Positions 40,781 to 50,811 of a DNA stretch of 64,000 nt are shown in pieces (positions within the stretch are counted from its first letter, which is position 1; the number at the start of each line of letters is the position of its first letter). The DNA is taken from positions 6,272,001 to 6,336,000 of the forward strand of contig OY760175.1 in NCBI GenBank assembly GCA_963663165.1, read 5' to 3'. The position numbers were made by a program, and so were the translations under genes. The stretch is from an uncultured Desulfospira sp. (GTDB taxonomy: Bacteria > Desulfobacterota > Desulfobacteria > Desulfobacterales > Desulfobacteraceae). Below the pieces are notes generated by a model. It worked only from the letters and a program-made list of their open reading frames with translations, was not told the DNA's origin and did no database searches.

Positions 40781-40990
40781 AAAACAGGAGACCGGAGGAA
40801 GGGAGACGGGAGACCGAAACCGTCAAGTTCCCTGGTTTGAGCGGTAGGGTAGGAACGGGCCATGCCCGCGATTCGATCGCGGGCATGGCCCGCTTCTACC
40901 TTGCATTGACCCCAAATGGAGCGATAGATGCCGGATGCCGGGTTTTCTTGGAGGGCGCATCCGGTCTCCTTTCTTTCGGTCTCCCTTCCT
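40781..40990. repeat. Composite REP: family A arms enclosing a family C hairpin
   Basis: GGAGACCGGAGGAAGGGAGACGGGAGACC left arm; inner GTAGGAACGGGCCATGCCCGCGA/TCGCGGGCATGGCCCGCTTCTAC; right arm CCGGTCTCCTT...GGTCTCCCTTCC. Confidence 0.7.
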
Positions 40991-41112
40991 TTGGCCCCTA
41001 TTTTTTCTGAAGCGCCATTCACAAATGCATTGATTTTTGTTCGATTTTTTGGCATGTTACTGTGCGCAGAAACAAAAGATGACCCTAAATTGTAAGGTTG
41101 CAGATAAATAAA

Positions 41113-42927
41113 ATGAATTTAAAACGACTGATGCTGGGAAACGAGGCTCTGGCTTACGGCCTGCTTAAGAACGGCTGCCAGATGGCAACGGCTTACCCGG
41201 GCACCCCTTCTTCGGAAATACTGCCCGCCATGGTTTCCCTTAAAAAAGAGATGAATCTTCCCGTTCACGTCCAATGGGCCGTGAACGAAAAAGTGGCCTT
41301 TGAAACCGCTTATGCCGGGGCCCAGGCCGGTCTTAGAACCGCCGTGACCATGAAACAGGTTGGATTGAACGTGGCGGCAGACCCGCTGATGAGTTCGGTC
41401 TACCTCGGGGTCAAGGGCGGTTTTGTGGTGATCAGCGCCGATGATCCCGGCCCCCATTCCTCCCAGACCGAGCAGGACTCCAGGCTCATGGCCGTCATGG
41501 CCAAACTGCCCGTCCTGGATCCGGACTCTCCGGGCCAGGCCGCCGAATTGGCCGGAACCGCCTTTGAGCTGTCTGAAACCTTTGAGATTCCCGTGATGAT
41601 AAGGCCCACCACCCGGGTCTGCCACTCCCGCCAGAGCATGGCCCTGTCCGTCATCAAAACAGACCAGCGAAAGGCCGATTTTGAAAAAAATCCGGGAAGA
41701 TGGGCGGCCACCCCGAAATTCCGGCTTGAGCTTCACCGGCAGCTGGAAGACAAACTTTCCAAAATTGCCGATTATGAGCCCACCCGTCCCCGGCTGGTGT
41801 CGGGCACGGCCAAAGGCGCGGGAAAGGCCATTGTGGTCTCCGGCGTGGCCGCGGCCAATGCCCGGGACATTGTTGCCGAGCTTGCGCTTGATATGCCGGT
41901 GTACCAGGTGGTCCAGCCCTTTCCCCTTCACCGGGAATTTATAACAGAAATGGACGCATACGAGGATGTCCTGGTACTCGAAGAGACCTGGGGCGTCATT
42001 GAAATGCAGCTCGGGGAAAGGCACCGGGTCAAGGGAAAAAATTCAGGATTTATTTCGCCCACAGGAGAGCTGCTGCCCGAAAATGTGGAGGAACGGATCT
42101 GTGCCTTTGCAGGGATTTCCTACGATGAGCCCCAGGTCACCAGCCTGCCGGGCCGCCGTCCCACCCTGTGCGCCGGCTGTCCCCACAGGGCCAGCTTCTT
42201 TGCCATAAAAAAAGCCGCACCCAAAGGGATCTTTACCAGTGATATCGGCTGCTATACTTTGGGCGCCAACCTCGGGGCCGTGGACACGGTCACTTGTATG
42301 GGGGCCGGGATCAGCCAGGCCGCAGGCTTCAGTATTGCCTATGCCAAAAATGAAAAACCGCCGGCCATTTTTTCCACCATCGGGGATTCCACCTTTTTCC
42401 ATTCCGGCATTCCCGGGCTGATTGAGACCGTGGTCAAGAAGATTCCCTATGTGCTGGTGATCCTGGATAACCGGACCACGGCCATGACCGGCCACCAGCC
42501 CACCCCTGCTTCAGGGCGGGATGCGGCAGGCGAGGCTTGTGTTGCCGTGGATATCCCGGCCATTGTTAAAGGCTGCGGGGTTGAATTTATCAAAACCGCG
42601 GACCCCTATGATCTGCCCGGATTTATTGCCCTGCTCAAGGAGGCTCAAACCTACTGCAAAGAGAACGGCCCTGCCGTGGTCATTGCCGAGCATCCCTGTC
42701 TGCTGGATATGGATAAGGCGGCTTTAAAGGCGTCGTTTAAGAAGGTGGTTGTGGATACGGATGTCTGTGACGGCTGCGGCTACTGCATGAGCCACTTTGA
42801 ATGCCCGGCCATCGGCCTGAATGAGGAACAAAGCCAGGCGGCCATTGATCCGGGCCTTTGCACCGGATGCGCGGTCTGTTCGTTTGTCTGCCCCAAAGGC
42901 GCACTTGTACTTGAAAACCAGGAGTAA
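41113..42927 (+). CDS. iorA: Indolepyruvate/arylpyruvate:ferredoxin oxidoreductase alpha subunit
   Basis: LGNEA, YPGTPSSE, MKQVGLNVAAD, LCAGCPHR, SDIGCY, IGDSTFFHSG; C-terminal ferredoxin Cys motifs. Confidence 0.92.
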   Translation: MNLKRLMLGNEALAYGLLKNGCQMATAYPGTPSSEILPAMVSLKKEMNLPVHVQWAVNEKVAFETAYAGAQAGLRTAVTMKQVGLNVAADPLMSSVYLGVKGGFVVISADDPGPHSSQTEQDSRLMAVMAKLPVLDPDSPGQAAELAGTAFELSETFEIPVMIRPTTRVCHSRQSMALSVIKTDQRKADFEKNPGRWAATPKFRLELHRQLEDKLSKIADYEPTRPRLVSGTAKGAGKAIVVSGVAAANARDIVAELALDMPVYQVVQPFPLHREFITEMDAYEDVLVLEETWGVIEMQLGERHRVKGKNSGFISPTGELLPENVEERICAFAGISYDEPQVTSLPGRRPTLCAGCPHRASFFAIKKAAPKGIFTSDIGCYTLGANLGAVDTVTCMGAGISQAAGFSIAYAKNEKPPAIFSTIGDSTFFHSGIPGLIETVVKKIPYVLVILDNRTTAMTGHQPTPASGRDAAGEACVAVDIPAIVKGCGVEFIKTADPYDLPGFIALLKEAQTYCKENGPAVVIAEHPCLLDMDKAALKASFKKVVVDTDVCDGCGYCMSHFECPAIGLNEEQSQAAIDPGLCTGCAVCSFVCPKGALVLENQE

Positions 42928-42933
42928 ATCATC

Positions 42934-43479
42934 ATGTCCATCAATCAGCAGATTATTATCTCAGGCTTAGGAGGGCAGGGCGTCCTGTTTATCACCAAAC
43001 TTCTGGCCGGTGCGGCCATGGCCGACAACCTTGAGGTTTTGACGTCGGAAACCCACGGCATGGCCCAGCGGGGCGGCAATGTGATCTCCTATCTTAAAAT
43101 AGGACAGTTTTCAGGCCCCCTGATCCGCCCGGCCCGGGCCGATGCTCTCATTGCCCTGAAAGCGGAAAGTTTTGACCATCACTCGTATTTTTTAAAACCC
43201 GGCGGCCTTGCCGTGGTGAACAGCCCCAAACCGGTGGCATCTTCATCCTACCGGGTTTTTTCAGCCGATGCCCAGGCCCTGGCCGAAAAAGCGGGCAACG
43301 TTAAATCTGAGAATGTGGCGATGCTGGGGTTTTTCCTGGCCGCCATTGCCGATACCGTGCCGGAACTGAGCCTGGAAAGCTTAAGCCGCGCGGTTAATGA
43401 AAAATTTAAGGCAAAGCCCGAAGTGGCTGCCGGTATTATTACCCTGCTTAAGGCCGGATATGAGATTAAGAGCCATTAG
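42934..43479 (+). CDS. iorB: Indolepyruvate oxidoreductase beta subunit
   Basis: GLGGQG, SETHGMAQRGG. Confidence 0.9.
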   Translation: MSINQQIIISGLGGQGVLFITKLLAGAAMADNLEVLTSETHGMAQRGGNVISYLKIGQFSGPLIRPARADALIALKAESFDHHSYFLKPGGLAVVNSPKPVASSSYRVFSADAQALAEKAGNVKSENVAMLGFFLAAIADTVPELSLESLSRAVNEKFKAKPEVAAGIITLLKAGYEIKSH

Positions 43480-43566
43480 CCGTTAGCCATTAGCCTTTGG
43501 GCTGATGCTTTGTACTGACTGCTAACAGCTAAGAGCTAACAGCTAATAGCTAAAAGCCAATAGCTA
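43471..43566. repeat. Inverted heptamer arrays (AGCC.TT)n ... (AA.AGCT)n
   Basis: 4 left units and about 6 right units, approximate reverse complements of each other. Confidence 0.8.
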
Positions 43567-43581
43567 AAAAAAGGAAAAGTA

Positions 43582-44871
43582 ATGCGTTTCATCCCAAAAG
43601 AGTTAACCCCTGAAAAGATTACCGATATTCAGGAAAAAGGCCTTGAGTGGACGGTTTCCCACGCCTTCGGCAACAGCCCCTATTACCGGGAAAAACTGTT
43701 GAAGGCCGGCTGTACGCCCGATGATATCAACAGCCTTGACGACCTTGAAAAACTGCCCTTTACCGATAAAGAAGATTTTTTGAACGACTATCCCTTTCCC
43801 CTCCGGTCGGTTCCCATGTCCGAGATTGTCCGGATTCACGGATCATCAGGCACCACGGGAAAACGAAAGATCCTGTGCTATACCAGAGAGGACGTGGACA
43901 ACTGGGCCAATATTTTTGCCCGGTGTTATGAACTGGCCGGGGTCACGGCGGAGGACCGGGTCCAGATCGCGGTAGGATACGGACTCTGGACCGCCGGCGT
44001 GGGATTCCAGAACGGGTGCGAGCGGCTCGGGGCCATGGCGGTTCCTCTTGGCCCTGCCAATGTGGACATGCATATTGATATGCTCCTGGACCTTGAATCC
44101 ACGGTGTTCTGTGCCACGGCTTCCATGGCCCTGCTCATGGCCGAGGAGCTTGAAAAACGCAAGTTGTCATCCAAGGTCAAGCTAAAGACCATTATCCTGG
44201 GCGCGGAACGGCACAGCCAGGCCATGCGCGAAAGAATCCAGCAGATCACCGGCGTGGATCATATCCATGACATTTACGGCATGACCGAGCTTTACGGCCC
44301 GGGCACCGGCCTGGATTGTGCCGAACATGCCGGCCTTCATTACTGGGCTGACCATTTCATATTTGAGGTCATTGATCCGGTTTCCTTAAAACCCGTTCCG
44401 GCCGGCCAGGAAGGCGAACTGGTGGTCACCACCTTGAAAAAACAAGGCACCCCCCTGATCCGGTACCGGACCCATGATGTGACAAGGCTGATCCCGGAAC
44501 CCTGTGCCTGCGGCAATCCCTTTCCCCGGCATGCAAGGATTTCCGGCAGGACCGACGACATGTTTATTTTCAGGGCCGTCAATATTTATCCCAGCCAGAT
44601 TGACCATATCTTAAGCGCGGTTCCAGGTGTGGGCAGCGAGTACCAGATTCTCCTGGACCAGGACCCCGACGGCAGGGACTACATGACCATCCGGGTGGAG
44701 CGCGGCCTGGATGCCGGGTCTGACGATGACCAGGGCTTAGGCGATCAAGTCTCCGGCCTTATCCGTAAAAAACTGCTGGTCAGATCCCGGGTGAAAATTG
44801 AGGATTACAAGACCCTGCCCCGGACCGAAAAAAAGAGCCGGCGGGTGTTTGACAGCCGCACCGGAAATTAA
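43582..44871 (+). CDS. paaK: Phenylacetate-CoA ligase
   Basis: IHGSSGTTGK, YGLWTAG, DIYGMTE, RYRTHD, GRTDDM. Confidence 0.88.
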   Translation: MRFIPKELTPEKITDIQEKGLEWTVSHAFGNSPYYREKLLKAGCTPDDINSLDDLEKLPFTDKEDFLNDYPFPLRSVPMSEIVRIHGSSGTTGKRKILCYTREDVDNWANIFARCYELAGVTAEDRVQIAVGYGLWTAGVGFQNGCERLGAMAVPLGPANVDMHIDMLLDLESTVFCATASMALLMAEELEKRKLSSKVKLKTIILGAERHSQAMRERIQQITGVDHIHDIYGMTELYGPGTGLDCAEHAGLHYWADHFIFEVIDPVSLKPVPAGQEGELVVTTLKKQGTPLIRYRTHDVTRLIPEPCACGNPFPRHARISGRTDDMFIFRAVNIYPSQIDHILSAVPGVGSEYQILLDQDPDGRDYMTIRVERGLDAGSDDDQGLGDQVSGLIRKKLLVRSRVKIEDYKTLPRTEKKSRRVFDSRTGN

Positions 44872-44876
44872 AGAAA

Positions 44877-44939
44877 GACTGAAGACTGAAGGTAGATAGA
44901 CTGAAGGAAGCAATCTCCTTCAGTCTATCTACCTTCAGC
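44877..44939. repeat. CTGAAG/CTTCAG hairpin repeat, family D
   Basis: CTGAAGGTAGATAGACTGAAGGA...TCCTTCAGTCTATCTACCTTCAG stem; related sequences at ~9338-9382 and ~47786-47812. Confidence 0.7.
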
Positions 44940-44968
44940 CCAAACCCCTATACTAAAAAGGAGTTCAA

Positions 44969-45988
44969 ATGAAACGACTTGGTTTACTTGTTTGCTTACT
45001 GGCAGTTGCCGCTGTTGTCTTCGGCGCATCCGTCCTTCCGGTTCAGGCCAAAACCGTGAGCCTGAACTATGCCAACTTCCCCCCGGCCCCCACCTTCCCC
45101 TGTGTGCAGATGGAACGCTGGAAAACGGAAATTGAAAAACGGACCAACGGGGCTGTGGCCATTAACACCTTTCCCGGCGGCACCCTTTTGGGACCCAAAG
45201 ACATGATGGACGGGGTTATCAACGGTCAGGCCGATATCGGCTGCCTGTGCATGGCCTACCAGCCCGGCCGGTTTACCCTGACCAATGCCACCAGTCTGCC
45301 CTTGAACATCCCGGATGCCAGAACCGGCAGCCTGGTTCTGCTGGACCTTTACAACAAGTACCAGCCCAAAACCTTTGACAAGGTCAAGGTGCTGACCATG
45401 TTTGTTACGGCCCCGGCCAATATCATGTCCAAGTCTCCGGTGGCCGATCTCTCCGATCTGAAAGGGATGGATTTGAGGGCATCGGGCGGTGCGGCACAGA
45501 TTCTCAAGGCCTGGGGGGCCAACCAGGTGGGCATGCCCATGTCCGCCACTCCGGAAGCCCTTCAAAAAGGTGTGGTCAAGGGGGTTTTCTCCTCCCTTGA
45601 GGTCATGAAAGATTTTACTTTTGCTGAAACCTGCAAGTACATCACCCTGACCAATACCGTGATCTATCCCTTTGCCGTTGTTATGAACAAAAAATCCTGG
45701 GACAAACTGCCCGAAGAGGTCAAAACCGTCATGGACGGTATGATCGAAGAACAGGCGGCCTGGACCGGTGAATACATGGACAACCATGTAAAGGAATCCA
45801 TTGCCTGGTCAAAAGAGAACCATCAGGTTGAGGTGATTGAAATCACCGGTGAGAAAAAGGCCCAGTGGGATGCCAAGACCGCCCCCATTACGGAAAACTG
45901 GATCAAGGATGCCACTGAAAAAGGACTGCCCGGCGAACAGATTGTCCAGGATATCAAAACGTTTATCGCCCAGCGGGCCGGGAACTGA
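44969..45988 (+). CDS. dctP: TRAP transporter substrate-binding protein
   Basis: Signal peptide; FPGGTLL, DLKGMDLR, EALQKGVV, MNKKSWDKLP. Confidence 0.88.
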   Translation: MKRLGLLVCLLAVAAVVFGASVLPVQAKTVSLNYANFPPAPTFPCVQMERWKTEIEKRTNGAVAINTFPGGTLLGPKDMMDGVINGQADIGCLCMAYQPGRFTLTNATSLPLNIPDARTGSLVLLDLYNKYQPKTFDKVKVLTMFVTAPANIMSKSPVADLSDLKGMDLRASGGAAQILKAWGANQVGMPMSATPEALQKGVVKGVFSSLEVMKDFTFAETCKYITLTNTVIYPFAVVMNKKSWDKLPEEVKTVMDGMIEEQAAWTGEYMDNHVKESIAWSKENHQVEVIEITGEKKAQWDAKTAPITENWIKDATEKGLPGEQIVQDIKTFIAQRAGN

Positions 45989-45997
45989 TGGATACCT

Positions 45998-46483
45998 ATG
46001 GAAGCCATTGAGAAAACCATTGAACGGCTCAACCGGTGGGCCGGCATGATCGCCGGGGCCATCCTGGTGTTTATGATCCTGCTGACCATGGGCAATATTG
46101 TCCTAAGGCGGGTCTTTGTGCCCATCCGGGGGACCTACGAAATCATGGGATTTGCCGGGGCCGTGATCACGGCCCTGGCCATGGGGATCACCCAGAAAAA
46201 AAGGGAACACCTTTATGTGGATATCCTTTTTAACCGGTTCCCGGCCGCTGTCAAGCGGGTGCTGTCCGTCATCAATAACGGCCTGTGCGGGGCCTTTTTT
46301 CTTGTGGCCGCCTGGTTTGTGGGACAGCGGGCAATGACGTTGTTTGAAACCGGGGAGGTGTCTGAAACCCTGAGAATAGTCTACTACCCCTTTGCCGTTG
46401 TGGTGGCCCTGGGCTGTTTACTGCTGGCGGCCATGCTTGTTTTGGATATGATCAAACTGTTTATAAAGGATAGCGATTCATGA
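45998..46483 (+). CDS. dctQ: TRAP small permease
   Basis: 4 TM segments, HLYVDIL; lies between dctP and dctM. Confidence 0.88.
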   Translation: MEAIEKTIERLNRWAGMIAGAILVFMILLTMGNIVLRRVFVPIRGTYEIMGFAGAVITALAMGITQKKREHLYVDILFNRFPAAVKRVLSVINNGLCGAFFLVAAWFVGQRAMTLFETGEVSETLRIVYYPFAVVVALGCLLLAAMLVLDMIKLFIKDSDS

Positions 46484-47781
46484 GTTTGACCCTGGTGGGT
46501 ATCCTGGGGATTGTTGCCCTGATGCTGCTGCTGTTCGTATTTGGTATGCCCGTAAGCTTTGCCATGGCCCTGGTGGGGTTTGCCGGTTTCTCCTATATTC
46601 TTAATTTTAACGCCGGGGTCAACATGGTGAGCCAGGAACTCTGGTCCGTGTTTTCCAGTTACGGCCTTACCGTTATCCCCTTGTTTGTGTTCATGGGCCA
46701 GATCGCCTTTTATTCCGGGGTTAACGAGCGGCTCTACAAGGCCGCCTATAAGTGGGTGGGCCATATCCGGGGCGGGATCGCCATGGCCACCATCATGGCC
46801 TGCGCCGCCTTTGCCGCCATCTGCGGCTCCAACACGGCCACGGCCGCCACCATGACCACGGTGGCCTTTCCTCAGATGACCGGGTTCCGGTACAAGCCCT
46901 CCCTTTCCACCGGGGCCATCTCCTGCGGGTCAACCTTGGGCGTTGTTATCCCGCCGTCGGTAGTGCTGATCATTATCGGCCTTTCCACGGAACAGTCCAT
47001 TGCCCGCCTTTTTTACGGCGGCATCGGGGCCGGGCTTCTCTTGTGCATCCTGCTGCTGCTCACGGTTTACGTGGCCTGCCGGCTGAACCCTGAATGGGGG
47101 CCTGCAGGACCCAAAGCCGGTATGGCCGAACGGTTCCGCTCCCTTTCCGGCGGTATTGAGATGCTGGTCCTCTTCTTTTTGATCATGACCGGCCTTTATG
47201 CCGGATATTTTACCCCCTCAGAGGCCGGCGGGGCCGGGGCATTTTTTGCCGTGGTCATCAGTCTGGTCCAGCGCTCCCTGTCCTGGAAGAATTTTGTCAA
47301 CGCTATACAAGATACCCTGCGGGTCTCCTGCATGGTAATCTTGCTGGTGGCCGGGGCCATGATTCTGGGCAAATTCTTAACCCTCACAAGGATCCCTTAT
47401 GACATCGCCTCCTGGGTGGCGGGACTGTCGGTTCCCGGACCCGTGGTCCTCACGGTGATTTTTGCCATCTACGCCTTTGGCGGGGCCATCATGGATGCCT
47501 TGGCCCTGCTGCTGATCACCATTCCCATCTTTTTTCCCGTGGCCAGGGAGATGGGCTGCGATCCGGTCTGGTTCGCTGTTCTGATCACCGTGGTCACCAC
47601 AGCCGGGGCCGTCACCCCGCCGGTGGGGGCAACCACCTATGTGGTGGCCGGCATGGCCAAGGGAAGCTCCTTAGAAGAGGTGTTTAAAGGGGTGAGCTAT
47701 TTTCTGCCCGCCTATGTGATCTGCATCGCCCTGCTCATGGCTTTCCCCTGGATCATTACCTTTTTGCCCGGGTTGTTGTAA
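46480..47781 (+). CDS. dctM: TRAP large permease
   Basis: IPLFVFMG, CGSNTATA, TLGVVIPPS, TPPVG. Confidence 0.92.
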   Translation: MSLTLVGILGIVALMLLLFVFGMPVSFAMALVGFAGFSYILNFNAGVNMVSQELWSVFSSYGLTVIPLFVFMGQIAFYSGVNERLYKAAYKWVGHIRGGIAMATIMACAAFAAICGSNTATAATMTTVAFPQMTGFRYKPSLSTGAISCGSTLGVVIPPSVVLIIIGLSTEQSIARLFYGGIGAGLLLCILLLLTVYVACRLNPEWGPAGPKAGMAERFRSLSGGIEMLVLFFLIMTGLYAGYFTPSEAGGAGAFFAVVISLVQRSLSWKNFVNAIQDTLRVSCMVILLVAGAMILGKFLTLTRIPYDIASWVAGLSVPGPVVLTVIFAIYAFGGAIMDALALLLITIPIFFPVAREMGCDPVWFAVLITVVTTAGAVTPPVGATTYVVAGMAKGSSLEEVFKGVSYFLPAYVICIALLMAFPWIITFLPGLL

Positions 47782-48052
47782 GAGAGGCTGAAGGGGTTTA
47801 GGCTGAAGACTGTCAGGTCCTGTATCAAGTGATTCTATTTTTTTTGCGTTTGTTCTTAATTTTGCTCTTGCTCAAACCATTATTTAGAGCAGGAGCAGAA
47901 ATTAAGAGCAAGATCAGGTATTGATGTATTTGCGCTGAATTATTGGGCCGGCCATTCTGTTAATCTTCCATAAAGAAAAATATTGTTTGTATTAGGCGAA
48001 ATATGCGAGTATTATATAAAAGATAATTTATATTAACGCTTGATATGAACCC

Positions 48053-48376
48053 ATGATATTTGACGAAGAAAAGCAGGCTTTGATTTCCCTGGGATTGAGA
48101 CTTAAAGCCGCCCGGATGGCAAGGAACGAAACCCAGAAAGAGTTTTCAGCCCGGATGTTTGTCTCTATCCCCACCCTTCAAAAGATGGAAAAAGGTCACC
48201 CGAGCATTGCCGTGGGCACCTGGGTAAAGGCCTTGTTCATCTTAAGCCGGCTGGATGACCTGGAAAAGCTGCTTGCCCCTTCAGGCTCCCTGGCCGAACA
48301 ATATGAAACCGAGCAAAAATTAAAAGGCCGCCGGCGGGTCCGCAAAAAAAATCAAGGGGAAAAAGGCCGCCCATGA
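48053..48376 (+). CDS. XRE-family HTH antitoxin (HipB-like)
   Basis: LKAARMARNETQKEFSARMFVSIPTLQKMEKG; ATGA overlap with the hipA remnant. Confidence 0.85.
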   Translation: MIFDEEKQALISLGLRLKAARMARNETQKEFSARMFVSIPTLQKMEKGHPSIAVGTWVKALFILSRLDDLEKLLAPSGSLAEQYETEQKLKGRRRVRKKNQGEKGRP

Positions 48377-49025
48377 TTAAGCTTGACGTCACCATCACCT
48401 TTCCTGACGGAAAGTTATGTCCATGCGGCGAGTTGATCACTACCCGGCCGGATAAACGGGGAAAAATTCAAGGAACGTTTCAGTATGCCAAACCATTTCT
48501 GGAGCATCCTCTGGCATTTGCCCTGGATCCTGAAAATTTGCCGTTAACCCTTCAGGTCAATTCGGCGGACCGTCCCCAAGGGGTTCATGCCGTGTTTGAA
48601 GACGCCCTTCCCGACGATTGGGGCAGAAAGCTTCTGGCCGGAAAAGCGGCCCTGACAAGATCGGAGCAAACCGTTCCAAGACTTCTTGAAGCCTTAGGGG
48701 CAAACGGCTTAGGGGCATTGTCTTTTACAGCCCAAAAACAGAATGCCAAAAGTGATCCGTGGTATACGACCTGCTGCCGGATATTTTTTCCAACCGGGAA
48801 CACCAATTGTCCTTTCCCTACTCCGGCACCCTGCAGCCGGACCGGCAACTTTATGAAAAAATCGGGCAGGAATTGCATATCCCTGATCCGGGAGAGGTCC
48901 TTGACCAGGTGTATAACGCCGCATCTGAATGGGAGACCGTTTTCCAGGAAATAGGTGTTCCTGAAACCGATATCCTGAGGCTTGAACCGGATATCTCAAG
49001 ACGGCTGGCAAAGATTAAATCTTAG
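48373..49025 (+). pseudogene. hipA: hipA copy 1: N-terminal domain joined out of frame to the C-terminal tail; kinase core deleted
   Basis: FALDP, FEDALPDDWGR, GALSF N-domain; at ~48760 the sequence jumps to VYDLLP... tail matching 61072 onward. Confidence 0.85.
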
Positions 49026-49209
49026 GGTCTGATACAGCGTTCACAGCGGGGCAACGCCTCAACATAATAAATAATAGTCCGGGGTTTTGAATCAAGCCTC
49101 ACTGCATTTTTTTAACGTAGTCCCCCATCAGGAATTTTTAATACCCCCCTGCAATGCTTCTGTCATTGAACGCTGATTCTAAATCGGCTCGGGCGACTAT
49201 AAATACCAT
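48761..49209 (+). repeat. ~450-bp direct repeat, copy 1
   Basis: Aligns with 61072-61519; scattered mismatches in the first ~170 bp, almost identical afterwards. Confidence 0.93.
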
Positions 49210-49399
49210 CATTGTGGTCCCTGGTATTACTTGATCGTATTATGGATATCCTTCCCAATATCTGAGTGCCCGGGGAATTTGGGTTGATGCAAGTGTTATT
49301 GAGTTTTCGGTATCAACATTCTCATGAAGTTCATCCTTGTTCAATCATGGTTTAACCGGTATATTTTGCACCATAAGTTGGCTGAAATCAGAAGAGATC

Positions 49400-49927
49400 A
49401 TGATGTTGGGACATAAAAGCTTAAAATGCTACATTATTGCAGGACCTAACGGGGCGGGAAAAACTACGTTTGCAGAGAACTATCTCCCAGGGGAAGCTGA
49501 GTGCTTAAATTTTATAAACGCTGATATGATTGCAAAAGGGCTTTCTCCTTTCAACCCGGAAAGCGTTGCTATAGAAGCGGGAAAAATATTTTTAAAACGG
49601 ATCGAAACATTGACCTTAAACAAAGTTTCATTTGCATTTGAGACAACGCTAAGTGGATTGAATTTCATTGGTCGGATTAAAAAATGGCGGGCAGTTGGTT
49701 ATGAAGTCATATTGTATTTTTTATATTTGCCTGATGCCGAACTGGCGGTGAGACGTGTAAGACTCCGAGTAGCCCAAGGAGGGCATAGTGTGCCGGAAGA
49801 TGTGATTATCCGAAGGTATAGCAGAGGCTGGGATAATTTTCAAAAGCATTATAAACAGCTCGTCGATGACTGGATTGTTTTCGATAATTCCGGAGATCAG
49901 CCTTTGATCATGGAGGAAAAACAATGA
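49400..49927 (+). CDS. Zeta-toxin-like P-loop kinase/ATPase
   Basis: IAGPNGAGKTT, FINAD, FAFETTLSG, RVAQGGHSVP, FDNSG. Confidence 0.85.
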   Translation: MMLGHKSLKCYIIAGPNGAGKTTFAENYLPGEAECLNFINADMIAKGLSPFNPESVAIEAGKIFLKRIETLTLNKVSFAFETTLSGLNFIGRIKKWRAVGYEVILYFLYLPDAELAVRRVRLRVAQGGHSVPEDVIIRRYSRGWDNFQKHYKQLVDDWIVFDNSGDQPLIMEEKQ

Positions 49928-50091
49928 AAAATGAATCTAATTCAAAATCTGCACTTGACGCAATGCGCAGAGCCGCAATCAAAGCAATTGAAAAAGCAGC
50001 AGATCTGGACTTGGAAATACCTGAGTGGCAAAATGGAAAAATCGTTTATGTAAATGCAAAGAAAAAGCTGAAAAGGCTTCGTTGTTCTTGA
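49924..50091 (+). CDS. 55-aa partner protein (not in ORF track)
   Basis: ATGA overlap, RBS GGAGG; MKNESNSKSALDAMRRAAIKAIEKAADLDLEIPEWQNGKIVYVNAKKKLKRLRCS. Confidence 0.7.
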   Translation: MKNESNSKSALDAMRRAAIKAIEKAADLDLEIPEWQNGKIVYVNAKKKLKRLRCS

Positions 50092-50268
50092 TTTTAAGTT
50101 CTGGTGACAGCCCCTTTAAACGGATATTTTCGGTGTCGAAAATGACGGGCTAAGGCTGAAAGCATCTATGATTTTGATGCTTTATAGTATGTTAACAGGC
50201 AATTACGTGAGTCCGACCCAGATCCACAGATCTAATATGACATCTACCATTAAATGAGGAATAAATTT

Positions 50269-50811
50269 ATGGCCGGATCAACCTTTCAGACTAATCCTTA
50301 TGATCTATATAAATTATTGGAGGATTGCCATCGCGGGGAGTTGCAACTGCCAGATTTTCAGAGAAGCTGGGTGTGGGAAGAAGATCGGATCAAAAGTCTG
50401 ATTTCCTCAGTGTCACGCGCTTTTCCTGTGGGTGCACTGATGTCGCTTGACTCGGGTGGGGAGGTAAACTTCAAACCACGTCCGGTTGAGGGCGCGCCTA
50501 CTGAGGCAAATCACGTTTCACCGCATTCGCTGTTGCTGGATGGTCAGCAGCGTATGACTTCGCTGTATCAAGTGACACTACGCGGAAAGGTAGTCGAGAC
50601 GGTGACGCCGAAAAAAAAGAAGGTGAAACGCTAGTTTTATATCGATATCCGTAAGGCTATAGACCCGGGTATAGACCGCGAAGAGGCAATTTTGGGCGTG
50701 CCGGAGGATCGGATAATTCGTACCGATTTCGGTCGTGAGGTGGTGACCAACCTGTCCACACCCGAACAGGAATATGCTTTGCTGGCGTACCCCGTAACTC
50801 AGGTTTTCTAA
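50269..50811 (+). pseudogene. DUF262 (GmrSD-like) protein, nonsense codon and 3' truncation
   Basis: LPDFQRSWVW and LLDGQQRMTSL; in-frame TAG at 50632-50634, frame then continues FYIDIRKA... to TAA 50811. Confidence 0.85.

Noticed and set aside
41048..41066. sigma54-like TGGCAT...TGC upstream of iorA
   Set aside because: GG to GC spacing is 11 bp, not 10
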